Source: Ascoidea asiatica JCM 7603 (taxonomy: Eukaryota > Fungi > Ascomycota). From it: a stretch of 64,000 bases of DNA. This document shows, piece after piece, positions 12,593-23,002 of the stretch. Position 1 is the stretch's first letter; every line of letters begins with the position of its first letter. Location of the stretch: assembly GCA_001600695.1 (NCBI GenBank), contig BCKQ01000004.1:271708-335707 (forward strand), given 5' to 3'. A program made the position numbers and the translations under genes. The notes under the pieces were generated by a model. That model was not told where the DNA came from. It did no database searches and saw only the letters and a list, made by a program, of their open reading frames with translations.

Positions 12593-13588
12593 TTATAATA
12601 AAAATAATGGAATTAAAGAAATTAAAGATATTATAATATATAAATTAATTGAATTATAATTATGATTTAAATTGATTGAAGGAGAATCATTACTTTGTTC
12701 TACATCTGGGAAAGTTGAGGAAGAGAATAAAGTTGAAATACTCTCTTCAGTATCATCATTATTTTCACTAGAAATTGAAATTGTTGAAGAAGATGAAGAT
12801 GAAGATGAAGATGAAGAATCTGAAGAAGATATGATTTGAGTTAATAAGGTTGAAACTGAATTGAATGAGAAAGATGTAAATGAAGATGATTCTTCAGTTG
12901 AGGATTCCTCAGTGGTAGAAGATTCAGCAGCAGATGAAGAGGAAGAAGTGTTTCGAGTAGTTGAGGTTGTTGAAGGAGCGGCGGAGGAAGACGAAGTGGA
13001 AGAAGAGGCTGATTTGGATGAAATAGTTGATGAAGTAGCAGAAGATGATGATGATGAAGAAGAGGAAGTATCATCAGAATCAACATTTGAAGGAGTGTAA
13101 TCAGTTAAACTAGTTGATTTTCCAACCAAAGCAGTTCTTAAAGTAATATCAATTGAATTATCACAAGAATAATCTTCAGTATATATAGTATAAGTTGAAT
13201 TTGAATCATCAGGACAAGCAACAAAATCAGTATTATTATTTAAATTTAATAAACTTGAAGAAATTGACCAATCATTTGAAGATTTTTTATTACCAAAAGA
13301 TAATTTATCATTATCTATATATACATAATTATTTGAAGAATTTAATTTTAAATAACCATCATTTGTAATAGTAGCTTCTAATTGTTGAGGATATTCTTCA
13401 CTTGGATGTATTATTAAAGAAGAATCTTTTAAAAGAACTTGTTCAAATTCAATATCAGTTCCTGATGCTAATGAATATAAATAAAATAAAGAAGAATCAT
13501 CACTATCATCGGCGTTAATTTGTTTTAAGTTAAAAGAAGAAAAAGCTAATAAAGCTAAGGATTTAATTGATAATTTAGAGAAAAACAT
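12593..13588 (-). CDS. Ser/Thr-rich, probably GPI-anchored cell-wall protein (Rhd3/Pga30-like N-terminal domain)
   Basis: Signal peptide, small domain with FVACP...C, long Ser-rich stalk and hydrophobic C-terminus. Confidence 0.75.
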   Translation of the reverse strand: MFFSKLSIKSLALLAFSSFNLKQINADDSDDSSLFYLYSLASGTDIEFEQVLLKDSSLIIHPSEEYPQQLEATITNDGYLKLNSSNNYVYIDNDKLSFGNKKSSNDWSISSSLLNLNNNTDFVACPDDSNSTYTIYTEDYSCDNSIDITLRTALVGKSTSLTDYTPSNVDSDDTSSSSSSSSSATSSTISSKSASSSTSSSSAAPSTTSTTRNTSSSSSAAESSTTEESSTEESSSFTSFSFNSVSTLLTQIISSSDSSSSSSSSSSSTISISSENNDDTEESISTLFSSSTFPDVEQSNDSPSINLNHNYNSINLYIIISLISLIPLFLL

Positions 13589-14978
13589 TATAATTATTTA
13601 AGGATAAGCTAAGAAATGTTTAATGCTGGATTGACTGATTATGGAAATTATTATGATAAGATTTAATTTTTAATATAAAAATGATTTTCAAATGGAGTAA
13701 ATTTGAGTATTTGAAGGATGTTTATTTTATGAATGAAAAGGATTCAGAGAGAATAACCATTGTTTTATATATTGATATATATTGTTATATATCTTGTTAT
13801 ATATATTGTTACATGTTGCCAGTACTGGCATTGTGTGTGTGATAAGTCATTAGTTATTATTGCTCTATTGCATTATTGCATTTCTCGAGTTGTTATTAAT
13901 GGAAGTGCTCTCAAAGCAGCAGACCTGGGAACAGAACTGGCAGCAGAACTGCACTCGCTCCTCGCTCCTCCAGCTGGGATAAAAATAAACAGGCTCGAGT
14001 AGTGTGGGTGTTTGCCGTGGTGATGGTGGTCTACAGGAAAGTCGACAGGATCACAGTCTATTTATAATATTCCATTACCACTTCTTCAGAATATCCATCA
14101 TCTCTTATTTATATTTATATTAGTATTTATATTTATATTTATATTAATATTTATTTATATACTGTAAAATAGTATACCATCTGCATTCCTCCGCATGGCA
14201 ACCCGTATATTTCTGGCTTTGTTGGTGCAATTACGACATTTCTCTTCAACGTCCAACGTGCTGAGGAACTCATGCAGGGAACACGCAATTACGCAACTCG
14301 TCAATCCACCACTCAACTTCCATCGGCTGTTGTTGTTCCAATGCTGCGGTGCGGTGCTGTGGCTTCACTTGACCACAAACAACGAACAAAAAAAAAGAAT
14401 TTCTTCTCAAACAGGGCTCTGGCAACATAAAAAACAGGGCTCTATCTCTCTAGACGGTCGTCTGAGGAGTTTGCCGCTTCTTTGACGCTATCATTACTTC
14501 TATCATGTGACTTAACTTTTTCAACGTCCATGCAATCACTTTTTATTTTTCCATTGAAAAACTAGAAATTTTCTCTTTGTTAATTTCACCCATACCAAAC
14601 CAACAAAATCCAACCAATCAGCGTCCGTTTTTCTCGTCTAAATATTTTCTCCATGAAAAATTTATTCATAAGGGAACTGAATACCATCATTACTTCAAGA
14701 TTTTACTAACGAAATTGAATCAATTATTGATGGAAATTATTCTTTTAATGGAACTTTTTCTTAAATGAATTCAAAACCTTATGCTAATATTATTATGATC
14801 TTAATTCAAAATCAAAAAAAATAATAAAAATAACAAAATTAAGATTAAAATCATATTCTCTATGACGGTTTTTTAAGAAACTTCAACTAAAGTTACACTA
14901 GTTCCAATATTCCCCCATATTTTTTCTTTCTTTTTTTAGTCCAAATTTATTATTTTTTTTCTTTTTTTATAAAAAATC

Positions 14979-16256
14979 ATGAATATAATTAGAAATACTA
15001 ATTTTTTCAAAAAATTTATAATTCTGAAAACCTTTGAAAAAAATTTAGAATCAAATTTAGAATCAAATTTAGAATCAAATTCAAAATCAAGTTTAAAATC
15101 TGAAATTAATTCAAGATATAAAGCTCCAAAATCACCATCTGGAGTTCCATTATTAAAAATTTTATCAAATTCATTTCCATTAACTTTAAAAGAATCTTTC
15201 AATGATTATAACTTATATAATAATAACTCAAATAAAATTCAAAATGATTTATTATCTATATTAGATTGTTATCCAAATGGTAATGAAAATTTTAATTCAA
15301 AAATTTTAAAAATTAAAATTGATAATAATAATAATTATATTAATGAATTTTTTATTTATCCAAAAAATAGTAATCAAGAAAATTTAAATCATTTAATTTT
15401 ATTACATGGATATGGTGCAGGTATTGGATTTTTTATTAAAAATTTTGAAAGTTTTTTAAAATTTAATAAAAAAAATTGGTGTTTACATGCAATTGATTTA
15501 TTAGGTTATGGAAATTCTTCAAGACCAAATTTTAATTATAAAAATTTAAAAGATTGTGAAGATTTTTTTATAAATTCTTTAGAAAATTGGAGAATTAAAA
15601 GAAATTTAAATAATAAAAATAAAATCTTATTTTGTTCACATTCTCTTGGTGCTTATTTAACAGTAATTTTTAATTTAAAATTTCCAAATAAATTTAAAAA
15701 AATTTTAATGTTAAGTCCAGCAGGTATAATTAAACCACAATCAAAACCAATACCAAGTTGGTTTAAAATTTTATGGAATTTAAATATTTCACCATTTTCA
15801 TTAATTCGAAATTCAGGACCTTTTGGTTCATATCTTGTTAGTGGTTGGTCATTTAGAAGATTTGATAATTTAAAAAATAAAAATTTAAAAAATTTATTAC
15901 ATAAATATACTTATAGTATTTTTAATAATAAAGGTTCTGGAGAATATATTTTAAATTATGTTCTAGGACCTGGTGGTATACCAAGATTTCCATTAATTGA
16001 TTTTAAAAATAATAGAATAAAAAATTTAACTTGTGATACAACTTGGATTTATGGTGAAAATGATTGGATGGATGTTAATGGCGGTTATGAAGCAATAAAA
16101 CTATTAAATAATAAAACTATTAATGAAAATGGTGATAAAATTACTGCTGATATTAAAATCATTAAAAATGCTGGTCATCATGTTTATTTAGATAATATTC
16201 AAGAATTTGATAGGATTCTTTTAAATGAATTAATAAAATTTGAAAACACTTCTTAA
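14979..16256 (+). CDS. Alpha/beta hydrolase, Cld1/Ecm18/Ict1 family (lipid deacylase/acyltransferase)
   Basis: LLHGYGAG, DLLGYGNSSRP, SHSLGAY nucleophile elbow and the HHVYLD HX4D motif. Confidence 0.85.
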   Translation: MNIIRNTNFFKKFIILKTFEKNLESNLESNLESNSKSSLKSEINSRYKAPKSPSGVPLLKILSNSFPLTLKESFNDYNLYNNNSNKIQNDLLSILDCYPNGNENFNSKILKIKIDNNNNYINEFFIYPKNSNQENLNHLILLHGYGAGIGFFIKNFESFLKFNKKNWCLHAIDLLGYGNSSRPNFNYKNLKDCEDFFINSLENWRIKRNLNNKNKILFCSHSLGAYLTVIFNLKFPNKFKKILMLSPAGIIKPQSKPIPSWFKILWNLNISPFSLIRNSGPFGSYLVSGWSFRRFDNLKNKNLKNLLHKYTYSIFNNKGSGEYILNYVLGPGGIPRFPLIDFKNNRIKNLTCDTTWIYGENDWMDVNGGYEAIKLLNNKTINENGDKITADIKIIKNAGHHVYLDNIQEFDRILLNELIKFENTS

Positions 16257-17078
16257 AAAGAAATAGATTGATTAAAACCAATTTTTGATCGAAGTGATAA
16301 TCACTTATCGAGTTACGAAAAATAAAAGAAAAAAAGGTCTGATCGCGTGACCAATTTCCGTATTTCAATTTGAATTCCGAGGTCCTTTCAAATCCCGAAA
16401 AAAAAAACACTTATTTTTTGCTCAAGGCACGCAAAGACCCCAAAATATTAAACGACCCGTTTTTTTTTTAGGGCCCGTCGGATAGTCAATTTGTTCCTGG
16501 AACAGAAATCCGTCAAACGAGCTTGTCACGGCATTTGAAAATTGTTTATTTATTTGTGGCTGGTGAATAAACAATCAGCAGGGCAACCCAATGCAGGAAC
16601 ACGTTGAGCTGGACAACACTCCGCCTGTAACAACCACCATGTCGTGCTGTGAGTGGCCAAAGCCGAGGAGTTTTCTTGGCATTTGAGTAAGCCACCGAAT
16701 CCCGCAGTAATTCCACCAAGTTTCGGGTCGCAAGACTCCCTTCCCAAAGCAACCCCGACCCGTTTCAGGTCTTGCGGTCCTGCTGCTCTGCCGTGTGCTA
16801 CGCTCACCTGCGTTCTAACCAGCCTGCCTTTCCTTGCTGTTATATTTCACCATCTTCTTTATCTTCTTGTTCATTTCTTTCTTCTTTTCTTTTCCTGGAC
16901 TAGTTTTGTTGTCGTGTGTGCATTTTCCTTCTGACGTTTTTGTTATATTCTTCATATTCTAATATATTTCATTCCATCTTCATTTACATTTATATCAATA
17001 TCCTTTATGAAATACTGATAATATTTATAATATAATCCATAACCATATAATATTAACAAAAAAGAAACAATATTAATA

Positions 17079-19883
17079 ATGTTAAAAGATATTTTAATAA
17101 GAATAATACTTTTTTTAAATAAAATAACGAATTTAATATCAAAAGTTTTTTCAATCAAAAAAAAAAGTAAGAATTTTACTATTCTTTCAATATCTTTATT
17201 ATTAACTTCAATTTTTACTTTATTAATAATTTCAAAAGATTTAATTTCAAAAGAATTTATTTTAACTTTAAATGAATATGGTTCTTATGAATATAAATAT
17301 CAAAATTCATTATCAAATTCATTATCAAATTCTTTTAAAAATTCAATATCAAATTCGATTTATAAATCTTTAAAAAAAAATCAAAAATTTGATATAAATA
17401 ATGATTATAAAAATTTAAAATTAAATAAAATTGATACTTTTTATCATTTTTCTCCATTTATCAAAAATATATCTGAAATTATTTATTTTCCAAATGAATT
17501 AATTTCAAATGAAATTTATTTACCTTCAACAACTTCTTCAAAAAAAACAAATAAATTAATTAAATATCAATTAAATTTATTAAAAAAAAATACTATTTTT
17601 CAATATTTCTCAAAAAAATTTGATCCAAGATTATCTCCACTTTTAAATATTGCTTTATTAAGACAATCTTTACAAAATTTTAATAATAATCAAAAAGATA
17701 ATTTAGATGATTTTAAAAATTATAAAATTCCATTTAATTGGTATTCTTGGATTAATTTATCTGATAGATTAAAATTAGATTCAAATCATAATCTTAATTC
17801 TACTTCAAATTCTTATATAAATTCTTATTCATATTTTGATCCTCATTCTTCTTATCTTGAATCAATAACTGGTAATGATTATGATCATTTTTTAAAATTT
17901 CAGAATTGTGAAGATTTTAAAACTTATTTTGAAATTGGTCAATCTGATTTTCCATGTAAATCAATTAATCAAAAAAATCAAAAAGATAGTAATCCAATTA
18001 ATAATAATGAAATAATTCCATATGATCCATTTAAATTAAATAATAATTTATTCACAATAACTGATTTTCATGATGATCCACAACATGTTCAAGCAAGAAA
18101 ATTAATGGGTGCTTCATATTTATTAAATGATGCTCCTCCTCCAACAAAATTAGTTTTTTTAAATTTAAATTCAAATTATTCTGTTATAATTCCAACAAAA
18201 AAGGGTAATGTTGATGATTTATTATCTGATTCTTTAGCTTATCTTGAATTTGAATTTTATTTACCAAATTTAAAGGTATTTAATAATTTTAATAATAATG
18301 AAAATAATAATGAAAATAAAGAAAATAATAACAGTAATGAAAATCAAAACTCTTTTAATCAATCTGAAATTCTAAAATCTCAATCTTGGGTTAATTTATT
18401 ACTTAATGGTTTAAATTTTCAAGACGAAATTCAAAAAATCAATAATGTTATAAATCAAAATGATAATTTATTCAAAAATTCAATTAAAAAAGAAAGTGAA
18501 ATAGTCTATGACAATTTCAGATTTTTTAATGATCAATTATTCAATCCTTCTTTAGAAATTGAAAAATCTTCATTTGTTTTCAATTATGATAATGAAATTG
18601 AAAGATTAAATAATTTATTAAATGAAAGATATAAGAATATTAATGAAAATGAAAATGAAAATAATGAAGAAAATGAAATTTTGAAAAATTTAAAAGAAAA
18701 TGATCTTGATTATAAATTATTACAAATTATTTTAAAAAATAAAGAAATTGAACCAAATTTTGATAAATATTTACATGAAGCAAAAATTAATGATTCTCCA
18801 AAAAGTGATGGTAATCATTATGATTGGAGATTTTTTAATGGTGCTGATTATTCAAATGAAGAAATTTCTGCAATTTTACATCGTATTTCAAGAGCTTGGT
18901 TAAGATTTACAAATAATGCTGGTATTGAAAGTTGGATAATGCATGGAACTTTAATTGGTTATTATTGGAATGGCTTAAATTTACCTTGGGATACAGATTT
19001 AGATGTTCAAGTTTCAGTTAATTCATTAATTAAATTAGCAAGAAATTTTAATAATAGTTTAATTGTTGATATTTCAGATTCAAATGAAGCTGAAAGAGCC
19101 ATAAGTACTTATTATCTTGATATTGGTACAAGTTTTACTTCAAGATCAAAAGGTAATGGATTTAATTCAATTGATGCAAGATTTATTGATACAGAAACTG
19201 GTTATTATGTTGATATAACTGCAATTGCATTAACTTTAAAAAAAGAAGATGAAATTGAATTTGAAAATGAAAAATTTGAAGATGAATTTTTTAGTTTATT
19301 AGATGATGATTATAGAAAAAAAAAATCAGAAAATGAAGAATTAGTTAAAAATGATGATTATAAAAATGAAATGAGAGGAATTAAAGATAATTTAATTGAA
19401 AATGAATTAATTTATAATTGTAGAAATAATCATTATTATTCATTAGATGAAATATCTCCATTAATTTCAACATATTTTGAAGGTGTTAAATGTAGAATAC
19501 CTCATAGATCAATTCATACAATGGAAAGAGAATATTCACCGATTGCTTTAGAAGAAAAAGAATTTCTTGATTTTAGATATAGAGAAAAATTAAGATTATG
19601 GGTACCGGAAGCATTATGTTCAGCAGATATAAAAGATGATCAATGTATAGATTTTGTTAAAGATTTTAAATTATCAGTTATATTTGATGAATTTTCAGAA
19701 ACAAGATATTTTACAAAATTTATCAAAGAACAACATAAAATAACTTTAGATGAAAATGAATATGATATAAGAAAAGATGAATTAAAAAAATGGAAAGAAT
19801 TTGGGATTATGAGACATGATCCATGGTATATTCAACATACAAAAGAATTAATTGAAGAATTTTATAATGCTGCTAAATTATAA
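17079..19883 (+). CDS. MNN4: Mnn4/Mnn14-like LicD-family mannosylphosphate transferase
   Basis: Type II membrane anchor; HYDWRFF, WIMHGTLIGYYWNG..LPWDTDLDVQ and IDARFIDTETGYYVDIT. Confidence 0.8.
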   Translation: MLKDILIRIILFLNKITNLISKVFSIKKKSKNFTILSISLLLTSIFTLLIISKDLISKEFILTLNEYGSYEYKYQNSLSNSLSNSFKNSISNSIYKSLKKNQKFDINNDYKNLKLNKIDTFYHFSPFIKNISEIIYFPNELISNEIYLPSTTSSKKTNKLIKYQLNLLKKNTIFQYFSKKFDPRLSPLLNIALLRQSLQNFNNNQKDNLDDFKNYKIPFNWYSWINLSDRLKLDSNHNLNSTSNSYINSYSYFDPHSSYLESITGNDYDHFLKFQNCEDFKTYFEIGQSDFPCKSINQKNQKDSNPINNNEIIPYDPFKLNNNLFTITDFHDDPQHVQARKLMGASYLLNDAPPPTKLVFLNLNSNYSVIIPTKKGNVDDLLSDSLAYLEFEFYLPNLKVFNNFNNNENNNENKENNNSNENQNSFNQSEILKSQSWVNLLLNGLNFQDEIQKINNVINQNDNLFKNSIKKESEIVYDNFRFFNDQLFNPSLEIEKSSFVFNYDNEIERLNNLLNERYKNINENENENNEENEILKNLKENDLDYKLLQIILKNKEIEPNFDKYLHEAKINDSPKSDGNHYDWRFFNGADYSNEEISAILHRISRAWLRFTNNAGIESWIMHGTLIGYYWNGLNLPWDTDLDVQVSVNSLIKLARNFNNSLIVDISDSNEAERAISTYYLDIGTSFTSRSKGNGFNSIDARFIDTETGYYVDITAIALTLKKEDEIEFENEKFEDEFFSLLDDDYRKKKSENEELVKNDDYKNEMRGIKDNLIENELIYNCRNNHYYSLDEISPLISTYFEGVKCRIPHRSIHTMEREYSPIALEEKEFLDFRYREKLRLWVPEALCSADIKDDQCIDFVKDFKLSVIFDEFSETRYFTKFIKEQHKITLDENEYDIRKDELKKWKEFGIMRHDPWYIQHTKELIEEFYNAAKL

Positions 19884-20375
19884 TCAAACTACTCACTTCT
19901 CTTTTTTTTTATTTTTTCTTTTTTATTTTTTCTTTTTTCTGTCTTTTGATGTTTCTTTTCTGTTAACCAGACTATTCATTTCTTTTGTTATATGCTATTA
20001 TTAATCTTTTTATCGTTTGTTATAAAAATTTAGATTCTAAACTTGTTAATATTTAATTCTTTAATTTTTTTTTTGATTTTTTTATTGTTTCAGTTGTTTT
20101 GTGTCATTTTCTTTTTTTTATTTTGGTACATACTTTTGTATTGCATTATTGATATTGGAATAAAATAAAAAAGTTCCAAATGATATCAAATTTATAGATA
20201 AAAATTGACATTTCGTTAATTTTGAAAGAGGTAATGTTTTTTAATAAATATTTAATAAAATTTTACTATTATTAATAAGACTAAAATTATATACATGATT
20301 GAAAGTAACGATACAGGGTATATATAAAAAAGAGAAATTGAATTGAATATAAATGTATTGAATTTTTGATGAAAA

Positions 20376-20732
20376 TTAATTAGATTTTGAATTATAAGTA
20401 CCATTTAAAGGTATAGCAGAAGCATTATTATTTTCAATTTCTTTTTCAATTCTTGCTTTCTTAATATCATAAAATCTTTTTTCTTTAAAATATTTTACCC
20501 AACTTTTTGCACAATCTTTTTCAAATTGAGTAATTTGTGAAGAGCATGTATCCTTTATTAATTTTTGAACTTTTGGATTTGGATCAATTGCATTTTCAAT
20601 ATTTATTTTATCTAAACAGGCAAAATATTTATCACGACTTTCCCAACAGTTCTTCCTTGAAGCTCTTAAAGGTAATGTATTTGTAGGAGTTGATTCTGAA
20701 TTTGAAGAATTGAACCAAGAGAATATTCCCAT
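20376..20732 (-). CDS. COA6: Cytochrome c oxidase assembly factor 6
   Basis: RKNCWESRDKYFACLD...C...FEKDCAKSWVKYFKEKR, the CX9C-CX10C pattern. Confidence 0.9.
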   Translation of the reverse strand: MGIFSWFNSSNSESTPTNTLPLRASRKNCWESRDKYFACLDKINIENAIDPNPKVQKLIKDTCSSQITQFEKDCAKSWVKYFKEKRFYDIKKARIEKEIENNNASAIPLNGTYNSKSN

Positions 20733-21521
20733 TTTTGAAAAGTAAATATTTGATTGTTTGATATTTCAGAAAAATAGTTTTTAGATAATAAAAAGGTTTG
20801 CTTAATGAATGTTCAGTAAATGATTAATAAGAGTGATTTGAATGAGTTTCTTTTTCTTCTTCTTCTTCTTATTCTTCTTCTTCTGTTTCTGCTTCTTTTA
20901 TATTCAAATGCCAATTTCCATTCTAATGAGGCTAATGGAAACCTCAGAAAGAACCCATCAGACTGGTTTTAAGAAAAGTACATGGATATAAATCCATGCC
21001 CGGAAAGTATGTCCGCATTACGTAATCAAGTTATGTATGTACTTCAAAGTTATCTGATGTATCCAACTGTATTCTGCTGTTTTTTTAATTTTCACAAATG
21101 CGGATCCTATGTTAGTCGGTTATAGCCAGACGATACCCGACTCACTTAACGTTAGGAAATTTCACCTGTTTCCTTTGGTGAAATATTCATCGTAGAGAGT
21201 GTGACTAAATCTGAGCATTTTCAAATAACCAACTCATTCGACTAAGAGCTCAGAACTATTATCCTTTTCATATTCATTGGATATATTGTTGAACTGGAAG
21301 TTGATATTATTCTCTTTAATTTGATTTGGTTCTTCACCTTTTTTCTTTTTTCTTTATTCAAAAATAGTCGTTAATCAAAGTTAAGATAACAGAATCTCCG
21401 AAAAGAAAAAAAAAAAAAGAAAAGAAATTTTTGAGACTAACAATAGAAATCTACGATCTCTTTTATATTTCTCAATTGATTTAAAATAAAATCATTCAAG
21501 TGTTTTTCATCAGGTATAATT

Positions 21522-22306
21522 ATGACTTTACAAAATCCTATAATAAAGGGAATCATCTTTGATATGGATGGGACTCTTTGTATGCCTCAAACTTGGATGT
21601 TTGGTATGTAGTTTCTTTTTTATTTTCTACATTTTTAATACTAAACATTTCTTATAGTGAAATATAATACTAATAAATTTTTTTTAGGTGCTATGAGAGA
21701 AGTATTAGGAATAGAAAAAGGAATTGATATAATTCATCATTTAGAATCAATCTCAGATCCAGATTTAAAATTATTTAAAAATAATCAAATTTTAGATATT
21801 GAAAAAAAAGCAATGAATGAAATGCAACCAAGAGATGGTTTAAATCAATTAATGTTATATATTGATGAAAAAAATATTAAAAAATCAATATGTACAAGAA
21901 ATAATTTAAACCCAGTTTTATATTTAAATTCAAATTTCTTACCAAATATTGAATTTTTTCCAATAATTACAAGAGAATTTAATCCCCCAAAACCTTCTCC
22001 AAAACCAATTTTACATATTTTATCAAATTGGAATTTAAATTCAAAAAATATAATCATGGTTGGTGATTCAATTGATGATATGAAAGCTGGAAAAAGTGCA
22101 GGTTGTATAACATTTTTAATAACAACTGATGCAAATCATCATTTAAAAACTGCAAAAGAAACTGATTTTGTCATTGACTCGTATGTATTTATTAGTTTAT
22201 TTAATCAATCTCTCACTCATTTATGTTTCAATACTAACTTCTTTTTTTTTATTTAAGTCTAACTGAATTACTCCAAATATTAAAACAATGGGATAATAAT
22301 GCTTAA
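21522..22306 (+). CDS. HAD-like hydrolase (YOR131C-like), 3 exons: 21522-21603, 21688-22180, 22258-22306
   Basis: Exon 1 supplies HAD motif I (IIFDMDGTL). Both introns start GTATGT, have TACTAAT/TACTAAC branch points and end in TAG/AAG. The spliced C-terminus is DFVIDSLTELLQILKQWDNNA*. Exon 2 has KPSP and MVGDSIDD. Confidence 0.88.
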
Positions 22307-22361
22307 TATTTTTATAATTAGAATATATGTATACATTATAATTTATGAAATAATTTTTAAT

Positions 22362-22892
22362 TTAATCACATTTTTTAATAAATTCACCAGTTCTTCCACC
22401 ATTTTTATAAATCAATTGAATATCAGAAATTATCATTCCTTTATCAACAGCTTTACACATATCATAAATTGTAAGAAGTCCAATATTCACTCCAGTTAAT
22501 GCTTCCATTTCAACACCAGTTTTACCATCACAATTAACTTCGCATATTAATTTTATAGAGCCAAATTTACTAAAATTTTTTAAAATTTTAAATTCACTTT
22601 TAATTTTTGTTATTTGAATTGGATGACAAAGCGGTATTAATTCTGATGTCTTTTTAACACCCATAATACTAGCAATTCTTGAAATTGAAATTACATCACC
22701 TTTAGGATTAGACATTGAAAATATTGATTCAATTACTTCTTTTGTACTAAATGATATTATTCCAGTTGCTATTGCTTTTCTAGAACTTATAATTTTGTTA
22801 TTAATATCGACCATATTTGCTTCACCATTTAAATTTAAATGAGAAAATTCAGAATATCTATTTTCATTTTTATTGTCATTACTATTATTCAT
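22362..22892 (-). CDS. MOCS1B: Cyclic pyranopterin monophosphate synthase MoaC/MOCS1B (probably expressed as exon 22362-22927 of a MoaA-MoaC fusion)
   Basis: SHLNLNGEANMVDI, KGDV, KKTSELIPLCHP and GKTGVEMEALT..LTIYDMCKAVD. Confidence 0.93.
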   Translation of the reverse strand: MNNSNDNKNENRYSEFSHLNLNGEANMVDINNKIISSRKAIATGIISFSTKEVIESIFSMSNPKGDVISISRIASIMGVKKTSELIPLCHPIQITKIKSEFKILKNFSKFGSIKLICEVNCDGKTGVEMEALTGVNIGLLTIYDMCKAVDKGMIISDIQLIYKNGGRTGEFIKKCD

Positions 22893-22927
22893 ACTTTTAG
22901 TAGATGATAAAAATCTCCTTTTAAAAA

Positions 22928-23002
22928 CTAAAATTAGTTAGTATTTAGTAATTAAAGAAATATAGTTGAACGTATGAACAAAAAAAATTAAAAATAATCA
23001 AC
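22928..23002 (-). other. Predicted 75-nt spliceosomal intron spanning the MoaA stop codon
   Basis: On the minus strand: GGT G|GTTGAT...TACTAAC (22937-22943) taattttAG|TT TTT AAA AGG. Removing it joins MoaA and MoaC in frame. Confidence 0.75.

Noticed and set aside
12861-13100. Acidic ORF on the + strand
   Set aside because: Antisense shadow of the Ser-rich stalk.
22938-23000. Stop-codon readthrough or selenocysteine at the MoaA TGA as the route to MoaC
   Set aside because: A second in-frame stop (TAA within TAC TAA C, 22938-22940) blocks readthrough; splicing explains the spacer better.
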